64,000 nucleotides of DNA from a virus, in the IMG/VR virus record IMGVR_UViG_3300021964_000016; one strand, 5' to 3'. The position numbers and the translations under genes are program-made. Under the pieces are notes generated by a model that was not told where the DNA came from, ran no database searches, and worked only from the letters and a program-made list of their open reading frames with translations. Positions 1-11,000 of this stretch are shown here, piece by piece; the first letter of the stretch is position 1; every line of letters starts with the position of its first letter.

Positions 1-46
1 AAGTACTGAGGAATGAACTTAATTTTACTGCCATCTTTGTTTCCTA

Positions 47-2989
47 TTATGCCTGTGCCTCTGACCAACGCAGAAGAACAGACGCTTCAGAAGTTCCTTT
101 AGTCAGGAACACGTTTATAACAAGAACGTCTGACCCGTCTGGATACTTGAAGTCTCCTCCTAGTGGAGCACCAGTCAATTCTTTTAACTTACTCAAATCT
201 AGAGAAGAAGTAACACCGTCTGCCTTACTGGTATCAGCGGTAAAAGCGAATACCTGTTCGCCTGGAATTGCATAAGCAGCTGCGCCAGTCCAAGTAATAT
301 TTGGACCGTCCACCACCTGAGCAAACGATGGTTGTCCTCCTTGAGATTCAAGGTTGAGTCCTTGCCAAGTAGCATCCACAAAATTCTTGGGGTTCAAAAT
401 ACCTTGTACAATACACTCACCCTGAAGAGCACCAGAAGAAACTGTAATTTGAACCTGTTCCAAAAGTAGTTGTGATCGATTTAAGAGTTCTTTTGCACCT
501 AGACGACCCGTCAAAGAGTTTGCCACACTTGGTGCGAGACGAATAGCAAATGCAGCAACTGGAGTTGTCCCAAGGTTAAAGTTTTGTCTTGCATAGTTAA
601 ACAAATAACCACGATCTAAGTCAAACCCACCGTCCATCACAAGAGCACTACCCCAGTGAGAGAGTGTTGGCGAACACGTGTTTGAAATCTCAATGATTCC
701 AACGTTGTTGTCATGGGAAGCAGCAGGGCCAGCAGTTAAGTTATTGGTGGAACCCTGTTGATACTGCACCAATGTCGCAGATCTTGTACAACCTGTAAAG
801 TTACCCGCACCTTGAGTGACACTCTTACCTGTATAGGTAATGATTTCGTTGTCAATAAGGAGAGTTCCCGTGTCAGAGAATTCTAATAGTTCTGCTACAG
901 GAATCGTTGTGTCACTATCAGTAATTGCAGCGGTCAAGTGTGTTACTGGCGTGTCGTTTTCAATACTATAACGAACAGGCAAGTTACCAGAACGCATATA
1001 TGCTTCGTTGTTAATATTGTTATTCTTCATTCGATGGACATATACCCACTTACCATCACTACCACGAATCATGAAGTGAATAAATCCAGCACCATACCAA
1101 GAGTATTCAATACCAATCATCTGCATCTTGCCAGCGTCAAGGGTTGATCCAGAAGGACCATTACCGTCCATTGTGTCAAGATTCCAACGTGATTGTGGAA
1201 CACGTTTTTCTGTGATCTTAGTCATCCTAACACCACTCGCTGTAATACCACGATAATCTGGCGTTACATACATCGAGGTGTCGTTTACAACTTGTGTGAC
1301 AAAATGCGTCATACCACGAATAATAACCCTATCACCTGCTCTTAACTGTTCGGTGAACCGAGTAGAACTACCAGTAACCGCAGTGCTATTATTGGTGACG
1401 GCAATAGTTCCTGTAATTTGTCGAGCAGAAGATCTTTGAACACAATAAACGTCTTGTCCATTAAACTCAAAGAAGATTCCATTCTGATCGTCAAACATAC
1501 CAGCACGAACAGCAGAACCAGTCCAAGACTCAACATACACCTTTGTTACTTCATCCAGTGCTGCTGTAGTATCGCCAAGGACAGATTTAGAATTAACTCT
1601 AAAGGTATAGTCGTCAACAATGCTCTGCACTGTATAGGTGTCTTCGTAACCTGAAGTTGCAATGCCCTCAAGTTTTACTTCTGCTTCTGGTTGAAGACCA
1701 TGATCGATGTCATCTGTTTTGACAGTAATAGTCGAACCAATACCTGTGCTATCAGCGGTTATACTCTGTACGTCATAGTTTGGTTTAAACAGTGTACCAG
1801 AAGACCACAAGAATCCTTTACCAGATTGATATCGGAAATACTTTTTGGTTTGTCGAACCACTGTCGCTGCATAAGTTGGTGTCTTTGTCGAAAGAATAAC
1901 ACCACCATCATTCGGTCGGTGCAAAATAGTTGCGTTAGAAAACGCATACAATGTTGCAGAAGCAGGGTTTTCTACAGCAGCACCACCACGGGCAGTATAC
2001 TTTAAAGATGTCAGGGATGGAGTAGACTCAATAAAGAATGGGCCAGTGGCCAAAGTATTATTGGTTCCAGAATCCATAATAACATGAATGTTAGTGCCTG
2101 GAATAAGACCATGAGGGTTAGTGAAGTTTAACCGTATTGTTGTTGGATCTCCACTATCACCGCTTTCTATCTGAGCAGAAGAAACTGGGATAGAAGCACC
2201 AGCATAAAGTCCGCCACGTTTTGCTAGAGATTCTTCAGTATACAAAGATTGCCCACTGGAGGTTCCTACAAGTCCACGAGCAAAATATTGCACTGTTTGA
2301 GTGTCAGGAACAGAATCAATTAAGAAATTTCCGTCTGCTCGACTGAATCCGCTAATCCCTGAATTCAAAGAAGAAACATTGACAACATCGCCTTTAGACA
2401 AACTATGATCGGAGTCTACGAAAGAAACGGTAATTAAACTATTGGTCGAACTGGTTGTAGTGTAGTCTGTTGTAATATCATCAACAGAAAGGTCTACACC
2501 CGCTTCTTCATAAGCAGATGGATATCCTTTAACTGTTCCATAACCTGCCCATTTAGTAGGTTGAAGTCCGTATTCAAAGTCAGCATCGATTTGAGAAAGA
2601 GGATTAGACACACGCATACGTTCAATAGCGTCTGTACCGAACTGATAAGGACGAATAATCGCTCCGTCACCCTTGAAGTCCTCTACATAAATTTGCAACT
2701 TATCTGTTGCAGACATAGCACTAGTGTCTGCTTGCAGAGTAAACGTAGTGTATCCATCGTATGCTTGATCGATGGTATACCAATCGGGGTCAGTAAGGTA
2801 TCCGCCTGCTGTAAAGGTAGCAGTTGTACCAGCAAAGGTTGGTCCTGCAAAGTTGTAGATAATGGTGTTGTCGGTTACGTTTGTGATTAAAAGCAACTTA
2901 TCAAGCGTAAAACATCCAGGAATAATCACTGTGCCTACTCCAGAAGCACCTGGAGTGAAGATGTATTTGTATGCTAATCGTTTACTCAT
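47..2989 (-). CDS. Virion structural / tail-fibre-associated protein (980 aa)
   Basis: Long G/S/T-rich beta-type ORF in the fibre cluster; resembles large structural proteins of marine T4-like phages. Confidence 0.65.
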   Translation of the reverse strand: MSKRLAYKYIFTPGASGVGTVIIPGCFTLDKLLLITNVTDNTIIYNFAGPTFAGTTATFTAGGYLTDPDWYTIDQAYDGYTTFTLQADTSAMSATDKLQIYVEDFKGDGAIIRPYQFGTDAIERMRVSNPLSQIDADFEYGLQPTKWAGYGTVKGYPSAYEEAGVDLSVDDITTDYTTTSSTNSLITVSFVDSDHSLSKGDVVNVSSLNSGISGFSRADGNFLIDSVPDTQTVQYFARGLVGTSSGQSLYTEESLAKRGGLYAGASIPVSSAQIESGDSGDPTTIRLNFTNPHGLIPGTNIHVIMDSGTNNTLATGPFFIESTPSLTSLKYTARGGAAVENPASATLYAFSNATILHRPNDGGVILSTKTPTYAATVVRQTKKYFRYQSGKGFLWSSGTLFKPNYDVQSITADSTGIGSTITVKTDDIDHGLQPEAEVKLEGIATSGYEDTYTVQSIVDDYTFRVNSKSVLGDTTAALDEVTKVYVESWTGSAVRAGMFDDQNGIFFEFNGQDVYCVQRSSARQITGTIAVTNNSTAVTGSSTRFTEQLRAGDRVIIRGMTHFVTQVVNDTSMYVTPDYRGITASGVRMTKITEKRVPQSRWNLDTMDGNGPSGSTLDAGKMQMIGIEYSWYGAGFIHFMIRGSDGKWVYVHRMKNNNINNEAYMRSGNLPVRYSIENDTPVTHLTAAITDSDTTIPVAELLEFSDTGTLLIDNEIITYTGKSVTQGAGNFTGCTRSATLVQYQQGSTNNLTAGPAASHDNNVGIIEISNTCSPTLSHWGSALVMDGGFDLDRGYLFNYARQNFNLGTTPVAAFAIRLAPSVANSLTGRLGAKELLNRSQLLLEQVQITVSSGALQGECIVQGILNPKNFVDATWQGLNLESQGGQPSFAQVVDGPNITWTGAAAYAIPGEQVFAFTADTSKADGVTSSLDLSKLKELTGAPLGGDFKYPDGSDVLVINVFLTKGTSEASVLLRWSEAQA

Positions 2990-3009
2990 TATTAATAGTT
3001 CCCTTTAAT

Positions 3010-6000
3010 TTATCCTAGAGCAACCGCAAACGCAATTGCTTCGTTGGTTGACGCAAAACTTGCTGAGTCGGCATTGGCACCTGCTGGTCCAGTTTCTCCT
3101 CTTTGTCCTATGGAAGAATATACTTGCCACGTGCTATTTATATAAATGAACTCAATGATACTTTGTCCGAGATCAAGTTCAAAATCATCAGCATACCCCT
3201 CAATCGTGCTTCCGTTTCTTCCTATAATTAGGGAGTTTGTAGAGAAGTTACCAACATCTATGATCTTAACATAATCGCCTGTAGATGGCGATGCTGGGAG
3301 AGTAACAGTAAAACTTCCACCAGTGGTATCTGCTGCAATTCTTTGAGAAGAAGTTGCTGTTACGTTACTGGTTACTGCGGTATAGTTAGTAGAGAAAACA
3401 CGGAAGTCCGAATCAAATCCAAGATAACTACCGCGCAAGGCACCAAAGTTAAACGTACCCAATTCAAAAGAAGAATCGTCAAAGTTGATTGTTTGATCTG
3501 GTACAGAACTATCTAATCCATCTTGAATCAGATTTGTGAAAACATACCACTCACCGTTTGTCGCGTCTCTTACAAAACCGCTTCGGCGAATAGTAGAACC
3601 ACCATCTGTCGAATATCTACCGACGACACCCATATCAACAGTATCTTGAGAATTACTGTCGGCAACTTTGATGATCGCATTTGTAATACGAAGGTCGTTC
3701 TGAGACGTAATATTTTGTGTCCCTTGAACAGTAAAGTCTCCGGTAATGACCAAATCGCCGTTAATAGTGGCAGCACTAAATTCTACTGAATCTGATGTGC
3801 CAACACTTTGTCCGATAGAAATAACACCAGTGCCAGAACTATATGATACACCAGTTCCAGCAGAGAAATGCGCCCTTGTTTCAGATGCACTTGGTCCTTG
3901 GTAAGATATGATTCCAGTAGCAGGATTATAGGAGAGACTTCCGTCTCCTCCACCGTCATTTACATCGATAGCATTCTTAGCATCAGAGTCTGCACGAGCA
4001 GTTGTGTAATACAGATTAGAACCTTCGCTAAGGTTTGTTGTGCTAGAAGCACCCAAATCACTATCAAAGCGAGAAGTCGTGTAATATAGATTACTTCCTT
4101 CTATTAGATCGCCAGTATTGTGATTGCTAATGTCTGAAACAGTACCAGTTACATCACCAATGAAGTTGCCATTCGCTTGAACATTACCAGTAGCAAATAT
4201 ATCAGTACCACGAAGGTTTCCACCGATACCAAGACCACCAACAAGAACTAAAGAACCATTGGTTTTAGCAGTGGAGTTTGTGGAAGAAAATAGTTTTATA
4301 TCACCATTACTATCCATGGACACAAGTGCTGTGCCCCCAGATAAATCGTATGGAGATTCTCCAACATTTTTTCTTATTCTTAATCCGAAGTTATTAGAGG
4401 GATACCCAATAACCATCTGGTTTGAGTCAGCAGTTCCAGTAACACCAATATAATGCCTGAACTGATTTTTTATCCCAAGGGCAATTGCTGTAGAAGTATT
4501 CGCGCTATCGTTGGATGCAAATAAAAATGTGGTATTTTGAGAGTCTCCATAAAACGAGTTCTCGTTATAAGACAAACCACCGTAGTTTTGCTGGTATGCA
4601 ACGGTTGACCCAAGAGTTATACTAGTGCTAGCAGAAAGAGTACCAGAAGAAATGCTTGTTGAAGAAAGGGTATTAATCTTAGCAGAATCATAGGTCAAAT
4701 CCTGCCCAGATAATTTGGTTATATAACCACCTTGTACATCGACACTATCAGCAGTGATTAGCGCAAATACAACATTGTCAGTAGTTCCGACTGATTGACC
4801 AATCGCAACCTCACCATCGATAATTGTTACACCTGTACCACCAGAAAAATGTGCGCGTGCTTCAGAGGCAGAAGGACCAGTATAAGTAAAGACACCACTG
4901 GCGGCATCATAACCAAACGAACCATCGCCGCCTGCATCAGTAGCAGATACCGCATTCTTTGCATCAGAGTCTGCACGAGCGGTGGTGTAATAGAGGTTTG
5001 TTCCTTCTGCTACATTGGTTGTGGTTTTTGTAGCAAGTCTAACATCAAAGTCGCTATCTGACCTTGCGGTTGTGTAATAGAGGTTAGTTGAACCTTCTGA
5101 TAGTTGATCTGTATTATTGTCACCAAAGTCACTATCAAAGCGAGCAGTCGTGTAATATAGGTTAGTTCCTTCAGAAACATCGGTAGTGGATTTGGTCGCT
5201 AATCTAGTATCAAAATCTGTATTAGCGCGAGCAGTGGTGTAATAAAGATTAGAACCTTCCGTTAAATTTGATGTGGTTTTTGTAGCAAGTCTATCATCAA
5301 AAGCACTATCCGCTCTTGCAGTGGTGTAATAGAGGTTTGTTCCTTCGCTAAGATTTGTAGTTGACTTTGCAGCGAAGTCAGTATTAAAATCAGAACTGGT
5401 ATAGTGTTCACCTATGGTTACAGAAAACTGTCCTGTCGCTGAGTCATACGAGAGGTCTCCAGCAGCAGAAAAGAGTCCTTTAATTTGAGTAGCAGAACGA
5501 TCTGAGTCTGTGTAAGAAATAACGCCAGTGTTAGCATCATACGACAGGTCGCCAGTAGCAGAAATAAGCAACCTTACAGCAGAGTCTGTTCTTTGACTAT
5601 ATGAAAATTCGCCAGTAGAGGAATTGTAACTCAGATCGCCCGCAGCAGAAAACAGACCCTTGATTTGTGCAGCGGTTCTATCAGAATCAGTATAACTAAA
5701 TGTGCCAGTGGAAGAATTGTAACTCAAGTCTCCGCCAGCAGAGAAAAACCCTCTTATATCTGCTTGGGTTCTCTGTGTGAAACTGAAAACCCCGTTTACG
5801 GAATCATAAGTTAGGTCTCCACTCGCATCAAACAGACCCCTAATTTGTGCAACGGTTCTATCAGAATCTGTATAAGAGATGACACCAGTTGCAGAATTAT
5901 AACTTAGATCGCCATTAACAGAGATAGCATTTTTAGCGTCACTATCTGCTCTTGCAGTGGTGTAATAGAGGTTAGTGCCTTCTGTTAAGTCTGAAGTAGA

Positions 6001-6894
6001 CTTCGTTCCAAAGTCAGAGTCAAAGTCAGAGGTTGCATAATTTGTTGTTTCTGTAAAAGAAAAATCACCAGTGTTGGGGTCATAACTCAGATCTCCAGAA
6101 GCAGAAAATAAACCCCTAATTTGTGCGGGGGTTCTATCAGAATCAGTATAACTTATAACACCAGTGTCGGGGTCATAACCTATATCACCAGAACCTGATA
6201 AAGCATGTCTGGCATCACTGTCAACCCTTTCGAGGGTATAATATAGATTAGTTCCTTCAGTAAGATCTGATGTAGACTTCGTAGCAAAATCAGAATCAAA
6301 ATCTGCTTTTACATAGGACGTTACGCCAGATAAACCAGAACCGTCTCCAACAAACGAGTTGGCGGTTACTGTGCCAGAAAAGTTTGCGGAGTCGCCGCTC
6401 AACAAACCTTTTACTGTCATACCTGAAAGAGTTATATAAACTCTTGCGTTAGTGGATGCGCTTTGAGAAGCAGCGTCTGCTGCTCCGCCATCAGGAACGT
6501 CTAAGTAAAACCCAATTCTTCGAACACCAGTGCTATCAGCAGAATCAATAGAAGCGAGCCAGAGTTCGTCGCTTAGATGCCCCATACCAGATTGTATGGT
6601 GTTCGAAGTATACTCGGTGACAAACTTTAATTTGACAGTATCTTCTGGCCAGGAGACAAACTGAGAACCAGAACCACCGAGAGATAGAGTTTCTAATATG
6701 ACTACAGAATCAAAAGACGTACTGGTATTAAAATACTTGGATCCAGTTATAGTTTGACCAGTAGACTTTGTTACATATTCGTTTGAACCAGTTTTTATAT
6801 CTGTCAAGTCAGAGTCTAGGGCAAGGAAGTTGGAATCCATCTCATCAAATGTAAGAGCACTGCCCTTATTATTTCTTAATGTGAGATCTGCCAT
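3010..6894 (-). CDS. Tail fibre protein with 'STxDLxEGTNLYYT' and 'SAxGDLSYDxxTG' repeats (1294 aa)
   Basis: N-terminal LTLRxxKGSALTFDEMDSNF anchor, many EGxNLYYT repeats, C-terminal ADTTGGSFTVTLPASP fibre module, AIAFAVALG terminus typical of marine myophage fibres. Confidence 0.75.
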   Translation of the reverse strand: MADLTLRNNKGSALTFDEMDSNFLALDSDLTDIKTGSNEYVTKSTGQTITGSKYFNTSTSFDSVVILETLSLGGSGSQFVSWPEDTVKLKFVTEYTSNTIQSGMGHLSDELWLASIDSADSTGVRRIGFYLDVPDGGAADAASQSASTNARVYITLSGMTVKGLLSGDSANFSGTVTANSFVGDGSGLSGVTSYVKADFDSDFATKSTSDLTEGTNLYYTLERVDSDARHALSGSGDIGYDPDTGVISYTDSDRTPAQIRGLFSASGDLSYDPNTGDFSFTETTNYATSDFDSDFGTKSTSDLTEGTNLYYTTARADSDAKNAISVNGDLSYNSATGVISYTDSDRTVAQIRGLFDASGDLTYDSVNGVFSFTQRTQADIRGFFSAGGDLSYNSSTGTFSYTDSDRTAAQIKGLFSAAGDLSYNSSTGEFSYSQRTDSAVRLLISATGDLSYDANTGVISYTDSDRSATQIKGLFSAAGDLSYDSATGQFSVTIGEHYTSSDFNTDFAAKSTTNLSEGTNLYYTTARADSAFDDRLATKTTSNLTEGSNLYYTTARANTDFDTRLATKSTTDVSEGTNLYYTTARFDSDFGDNNTDQLSEGSTNLYYTTARSDSDFDVRLATKTTTNVAEGTNLYYTTARADSDAKNAVSATDAGGDGSFGYDAASGVFTYTGPSASEARAHFSGGTGVTIIDGEVAIGQSVGTTDNVVFALITADSVDVQGGYITKLSGQDLTYDSAKINTLSSTSISSGTLSASTSITLGSTVAYQQNYGGLSYNENSFYGDSQNTTFLFASNDSANTSTAIALGIKNQFRHYIGVTGTADSNQMVIGYPSNNFGLRIRKNVGESPYDLSGGTALVSMDSNGDIKLFSSTNSTAKTNGSLVLVGGLGIGGNLRGTDIFATGNVQANGNFIGDVTGTVSDISNHNTGDLIEGSNLYYTTSRFDSDLGASSTTNLSEGSNLYYTTARADSDAKNAIDVNDGGGDGSLSYNPATGIISYQGPSASETRAHFSAGTGVSYSSGTGVISIGQSVGTSDSVEFSAATINGDLVITGDFTVQGTQNITSQNDLRITNAIIKVADSNSQDTVDMGVVGRYSTDGGSTIRRSGFVRDATNGEWYVFTNLIQDGLDSSVPDQTINFDDSSFELGTFNFGALRGSYLGFDSDFRVFSTNYTAVTSNVTATSSQRIAADTTGGSFTVTLPASPSTGDYVKIIDVGNFSTNSLIIGRNGSTIEGYADDFELDLGQSIIEFIYINSTWQVYSSIGQRGETGPAGANADSASFASTNEAIAFAVALG

Positions 6895-6940
6895 TATTAG
6901 TTTTCCTTGCTAAACTCAATATAAAGGTGCAATTAATGAG

Positions 6941-6960
6941 GGGGGCGATGAGTCGCCCCC
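6941..6960 (-). terminator. GC-rich hairpin, probable intrinsic terminator after the 126-aa gene
   Basis: gggggcga-tgag-tcgccccc inverted repeat; U-tract weak. Confidence 0.5.
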
Positions 6961-6991
6961 AACTAAACTAGGTTCAAAACCAAACTTTGAA

Positions 6992-7372
6992 TCAGCTTGG
7001 TGCTTCGTAAGTCAAAGAAGAGATGGTGATCGTGTCGCCAGCACCGATAGCAGTAGACGACAAGACGATGTCACCACCACCACCAGTAGCAGTAACAGTG
7101 CCATTGAAGCAAGAATCGCCCGCACCGTCGAACACAGTAAACTTACTTACAGTTCCTGCATTACAGTCACTGTCGCCTTTAATAGCAGCAGCAGTAGCGA
7201 TACCATTAGATGCGGCACCGAATGCAGTAGCACTGAAAGTTAGAGTAGCGACAGCAGAGTCGTTCACCGAACCGTCTTGGAACACAATGGTTCCTGGTCC
7301 GCTGACGTCAATTTTGTCTACTACGAGATTAGCGATGTCATTGCGAACATCAGTTGGATGAGTAACAGCCAT
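6992..7372 (-). CDS. Small virion structural protein (126 aa)
   Basis: AGGAGA SD upstream; A/G/T/S-rich beta protein ending 'GDTITISSLTY'. Confidence 0.6.
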   Translation of the reverse strand: MAVTHPTDVRNDIANLVVDKIDVSGPGTIVFQDGSVNDSAVATLTFSATAFGAASNGIATAAAIKGDSDCNAGTVSKFTVFDGAGDSCFNGTVTATGGGGDIVLSSTAIGAGDTITISSLTYEAPS

Positions 7373-7384
7373 TTTTTATTTCTC

Positions 7385-7528
7385 CTAAAACGTTTTATTT
7401 TTTTGATCTTTAGATCGGTCTACAGTTTTTTCTAAATTATCACTAGGCGAAGTTTTTTTGGTTTCTTTTCTAATGATGTCTGCAACACCAGAAAGTTTTC
7501 CTGAATCGCCTTTTGCTCGTATACCCAT
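7385..7528 (-). CDS. Putative small basic protein (47 aa, MGIRAKGDSGKLSG...), not in ORF track
   Basis: Open frame filling the gap between two genes; ATG directly abuts a TATAAATA box, so translation is uncertain. Confidence 0.35.
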   Translation of the reverse strand: MGIRAKGDSGKLSGVADIIRKETKKTSPSDNLEKTVDRSKDQKNKTF

Positions 7529-7536
7529 TATTTATA
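7529..7536 (-). promoter_or_regulatory. T4-type late promoter TATAAATA
   Basis: Exact consensus in intergenic DNA. Confidence 0.7.
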
Positions 7537-7554
7537 TCCCTTTTGCTTTACAAA

Positions 7555-7905
7555 TCACTTCGTTACACTTTTAGAAACCATAAGTTTGCCTTCTAAAACC
7601 CTTTCGACTAGAGTGTCTCCACCTTGTTCATATTCTATCTCGATATCATAGACATATCTGCGCCGAGTTAAAGTTTCTGTTTGAGTATTAGTCAAACTAA
7701 ATTCTATTATACCATCTGATCTGGGTGATAAGAAACTGACAGAAAAACTAACTGCCTCACTAGAGTCTGCATCATAACTTCTATTAAGTTTTCCTCTGGC
7801 AGTATAATCTGTCAGATCTCTTTTGGTGCCGTCAGATTCAAGTAGTTTCAATTTCCACTTGGCATCTGCACCCTGATCTACTTCTAAGTCTTCGTATTGC
7901 GCCAT
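7555..7905 (-). CDS. Small virion protein, BppU-N-like baseplate/fibre adaptor (116 aa)
   Basis: 'DQGAD...DLTDYTARG...LTNTQT..L..RRYVYDIEI...RVLEG' pattern common in myophage structural clusters. Confidence 0.6.
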   Translation of the reverse strand: MAQYEDLEVDQGADAKWKLKLLESDGTKRDLTDYTARGKLNRSYDADSSEAVSFSVSFLSPRSDGIIEFSLTNTQTETLTRRRYVYDIEIEYEQGGDTLVERVLEGKLMVSKSVTK

Positions 7906-8060
7906 TATCGATTAACCTGCTTCTAACGATATTTATTTATATAAATTAGTTGGAGACAATCTTACTCAGAAGAATTATAATTTTTCGAATATTTTTGCGC
8001 CACTATCGATTACCCTGCTTCTAACGATATTTATTTATATATTTAGTTGGAGACAATCTT
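7897..8060. repeat. Tandem ~66-bp direct repeat (7897-7963 and 7995-8060), each copy with a TATAAATA late promoter (7934-7941, 8032-8039)
   Basis: ttgcgcca(t/c)tatcgatta(a/c)cctgcttctaacgatatttatttatata..ttagttggagacaatctt seen twice. Confidence 0.85.
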
Positions 8061-11000
8061 TTTCTTTTTTGATAAAATTGAGGAAACACCATAGGAACTA
8101 GTAGAATTAAACTCTATTGTACCAGTATCTTTCCTCGATTTAATTATAGTTGTTCTTGGTTTCTGTACCGTGAAACTTCCAGCAAGAGGAATAAGCGCAG
8201 AATTTCTGGTAATCGTTACAGTAGCAACCGTAGAAACATCCTGTGCTTCTAGTATGCCAACAGCATTTATACTCCTTCGGGCAACAGAGGTAACAGAAGA
8301 TTCTCCTGCCTCTAAAACAACAGAAGAAGAGATAACCCTTTCAGCAGCACAAACTACTTGAACATCGACGACTGAAAGTGAACCGGAAGCAACGAGAACA
8401 CGCTCAGAAACACCAGAGACAACTGAAGTTCCAGATATTACAGAATTTCCACCTTGGTCGTCAATTTCTCTTTCTGCATTACCAGCAACAGATTCTTCAC
8501 TCTGTATGTTACCAGAGGCGACCAGAACACGCTCGGCGATGCCAGATAAATTTGCTTCTTGTGACGTTAATGCGCCAGAAGAAACCAGAACACGTTCGGC
8601 AACACCAGAAACGGTTACATTTCCAGAGATAACAGAGTTGCCACCGTTATCGTCTATCTCACGTTCAGCGTTACCAGCAACAGACTCTTCGCTCTGGATG
8701 TTACCAGAAGCAACTAGGACACGTTCAGAAATACCAGAAACAGTTACATCACCAGAAACGACAGAGTTGCCTCCTTGGTCGTCAATTTCTCTTTCTGCAT
8801 TACCTGCTACCGACTCTTCACTCTGAATGTTGCCCGATCCAGTAATAATACGTTCAGATACACCTATTATTATCGAGTCAGAAGCAAATATCGAATTACC
8901 TTCGTTATCGTCTATCTCGCGTTCTGCATTACCTGCTACCGACTCTTCACTCTGAATGTTGCCCGATCCAGTAATAATACGTTCAGAAACACCTGTTATG
9001 AGAGAATCTGTGCTTACAAGACCGTTACCACCTTGGTCATCAACAACTCTCTCTGCATTACCTGCTACTGATTCTTCACTCTGAATGTTTCCAGAAGCAA
9101 CCAATACACGTTCGGCAATACCGGAAACTAAGGATGAATCAGAAACTAATGTTCCTCTACCAACTTTTGTGAGTTCTGCTTCGCCAGATACTACTGCCTC
9201 TTGAGACGCTACTGCGCCAGAAGCAACAATGGTGCGTTCAGCAACACCCAATATTGTTGAGACACCAACTGACAAGGCATTGCCACCTTGGTCATCAATT
9301 TCGCGTTCTGCATTACCTGCTACCGACTCTTCGCTTTGTATGTTTCCAGAAGCAACTAGGACACGTTCAGAGATACCAGAAACAACTTCTTCTTGAGATG
9401 CCAGCGAACCAGAGGCAACCAATATGCGTTCAGCAATACCAGAAACTGTTACGTCGCCCGAAGAAATAGAATTACCTTCATTATCGTCTATCTCACGTTC
9501 TGCATTACCTGCTACTGATTCTTCGCTCTGGATGTTACCAGAAGCAACTAGGACACGTTCAGAAATACCAGAAACAATAGAAGTTGTTACTGTTAGAGAA
9601 TTGCCACCTTGGTCATCTATCTCACGTTCTGCAATACCAGAAACCAGAGAAGCAGTAACTGTAAGGGAATTACCACCTTGGTCATCTATCTCACGTTCGG
9701 CATTACCTGCTACCGACTCTTCACTCTGAATGTTGCCCGATCCAGTAATAGTTCTTTCAGAGACACCTACTATTATCGAGTCAGAAGCAAATATCGAATT
9801 ACCTTCGTTATCGTCTATCTCGCGTTCTGCATTACCAGCGACAGATTCTTCGCTTTGGATGTTTCCAGAGGCGACAAGAACACGCTCGGAAATACCGAAG
9901 AAGACTTCTTCTTGGGATATTAATACACCAGAGGCGACCAATACCCGTTCAGCAACGCCAGAAACAGTTACATCACCAGAAACGACAGAGTTGCCTCCTT
10001 GGTCATCGATTTCTCTTTCTGCATTACCAGCAACAGATTCTTCACTCTGAATATTACCCGAAGCAACTAGGACACGTCCAGAGATACCAGAAACAAGGGA
10101 GTCAGTAACACCGAGAGAATTACCACCTTGGTCGTCTATCTCTCGTTCAGCATTACCAGAAACAAAAGAACTTGTTACTATTAGGGAATTGCCACCTTGG
10201 TCATCGATTTCTCTTTCTGCATTACCAGCGACAGATTCTTCACTCTGTATGTTACCAGAGGCAACGAGAACACGCTCAGAAACACCAGAGACAACTGAAG
10301 TTCCAGATACTAAGGAATTTCCACCTTGGTCATCAACAACTCTCTCTGCATTACCAGCAACAGATTCTTCGCCCTGTAAAGAACCTGAAGCAACCAACAC
10401 ACGTTCAGAAACACCAGAGACAACTGAAGTTCCAGATACTAAGGAATTGCCACCTTGATCATCAATTTCGCGTTCTGCATTACCTGCTACTGATTCTTCA
10501 CTCTGAAGAACACCTGAAGCAACCAACACACGCTCGGATACACCAGAAACAACTGCTTCTTGAGAAGTTAAAGTGCCAGAAGATACCAAAGACCTTTCAG
10601 CAATGGCGGAAACAGTGGAAGATCCGGAAACAAGAGAATTACCACCTTGATCGTCCACTTCACGTTCTGCATTACCTGCTACTGATTCTTCACCTTGTAG
10701 AGCACCAGAAGCAACCAACACACGTTCAGAGACGCCAGAGACAACTGAAGTTCCAGATACTAAGGAATTTCCACCTTGGTCGTCGATTTCTCTTTCTGCA
10801 TTACCAGCGACAGATTCTTCACTCTGTATGTTACCAGAAGCAACTAGCACACGCTCGGATACACCAGAGACAACTGCTTCTTGAGAAGTTAAAGTGCCAG
10901 AAGATACCAAAGACCTTTCAGCAATGGCGGAAATAGTGGAAGATCCGGAAACAAGAGCATTGCCGCCTTGGTCGTCCACAACTCTCTCAGCAACACCAGA

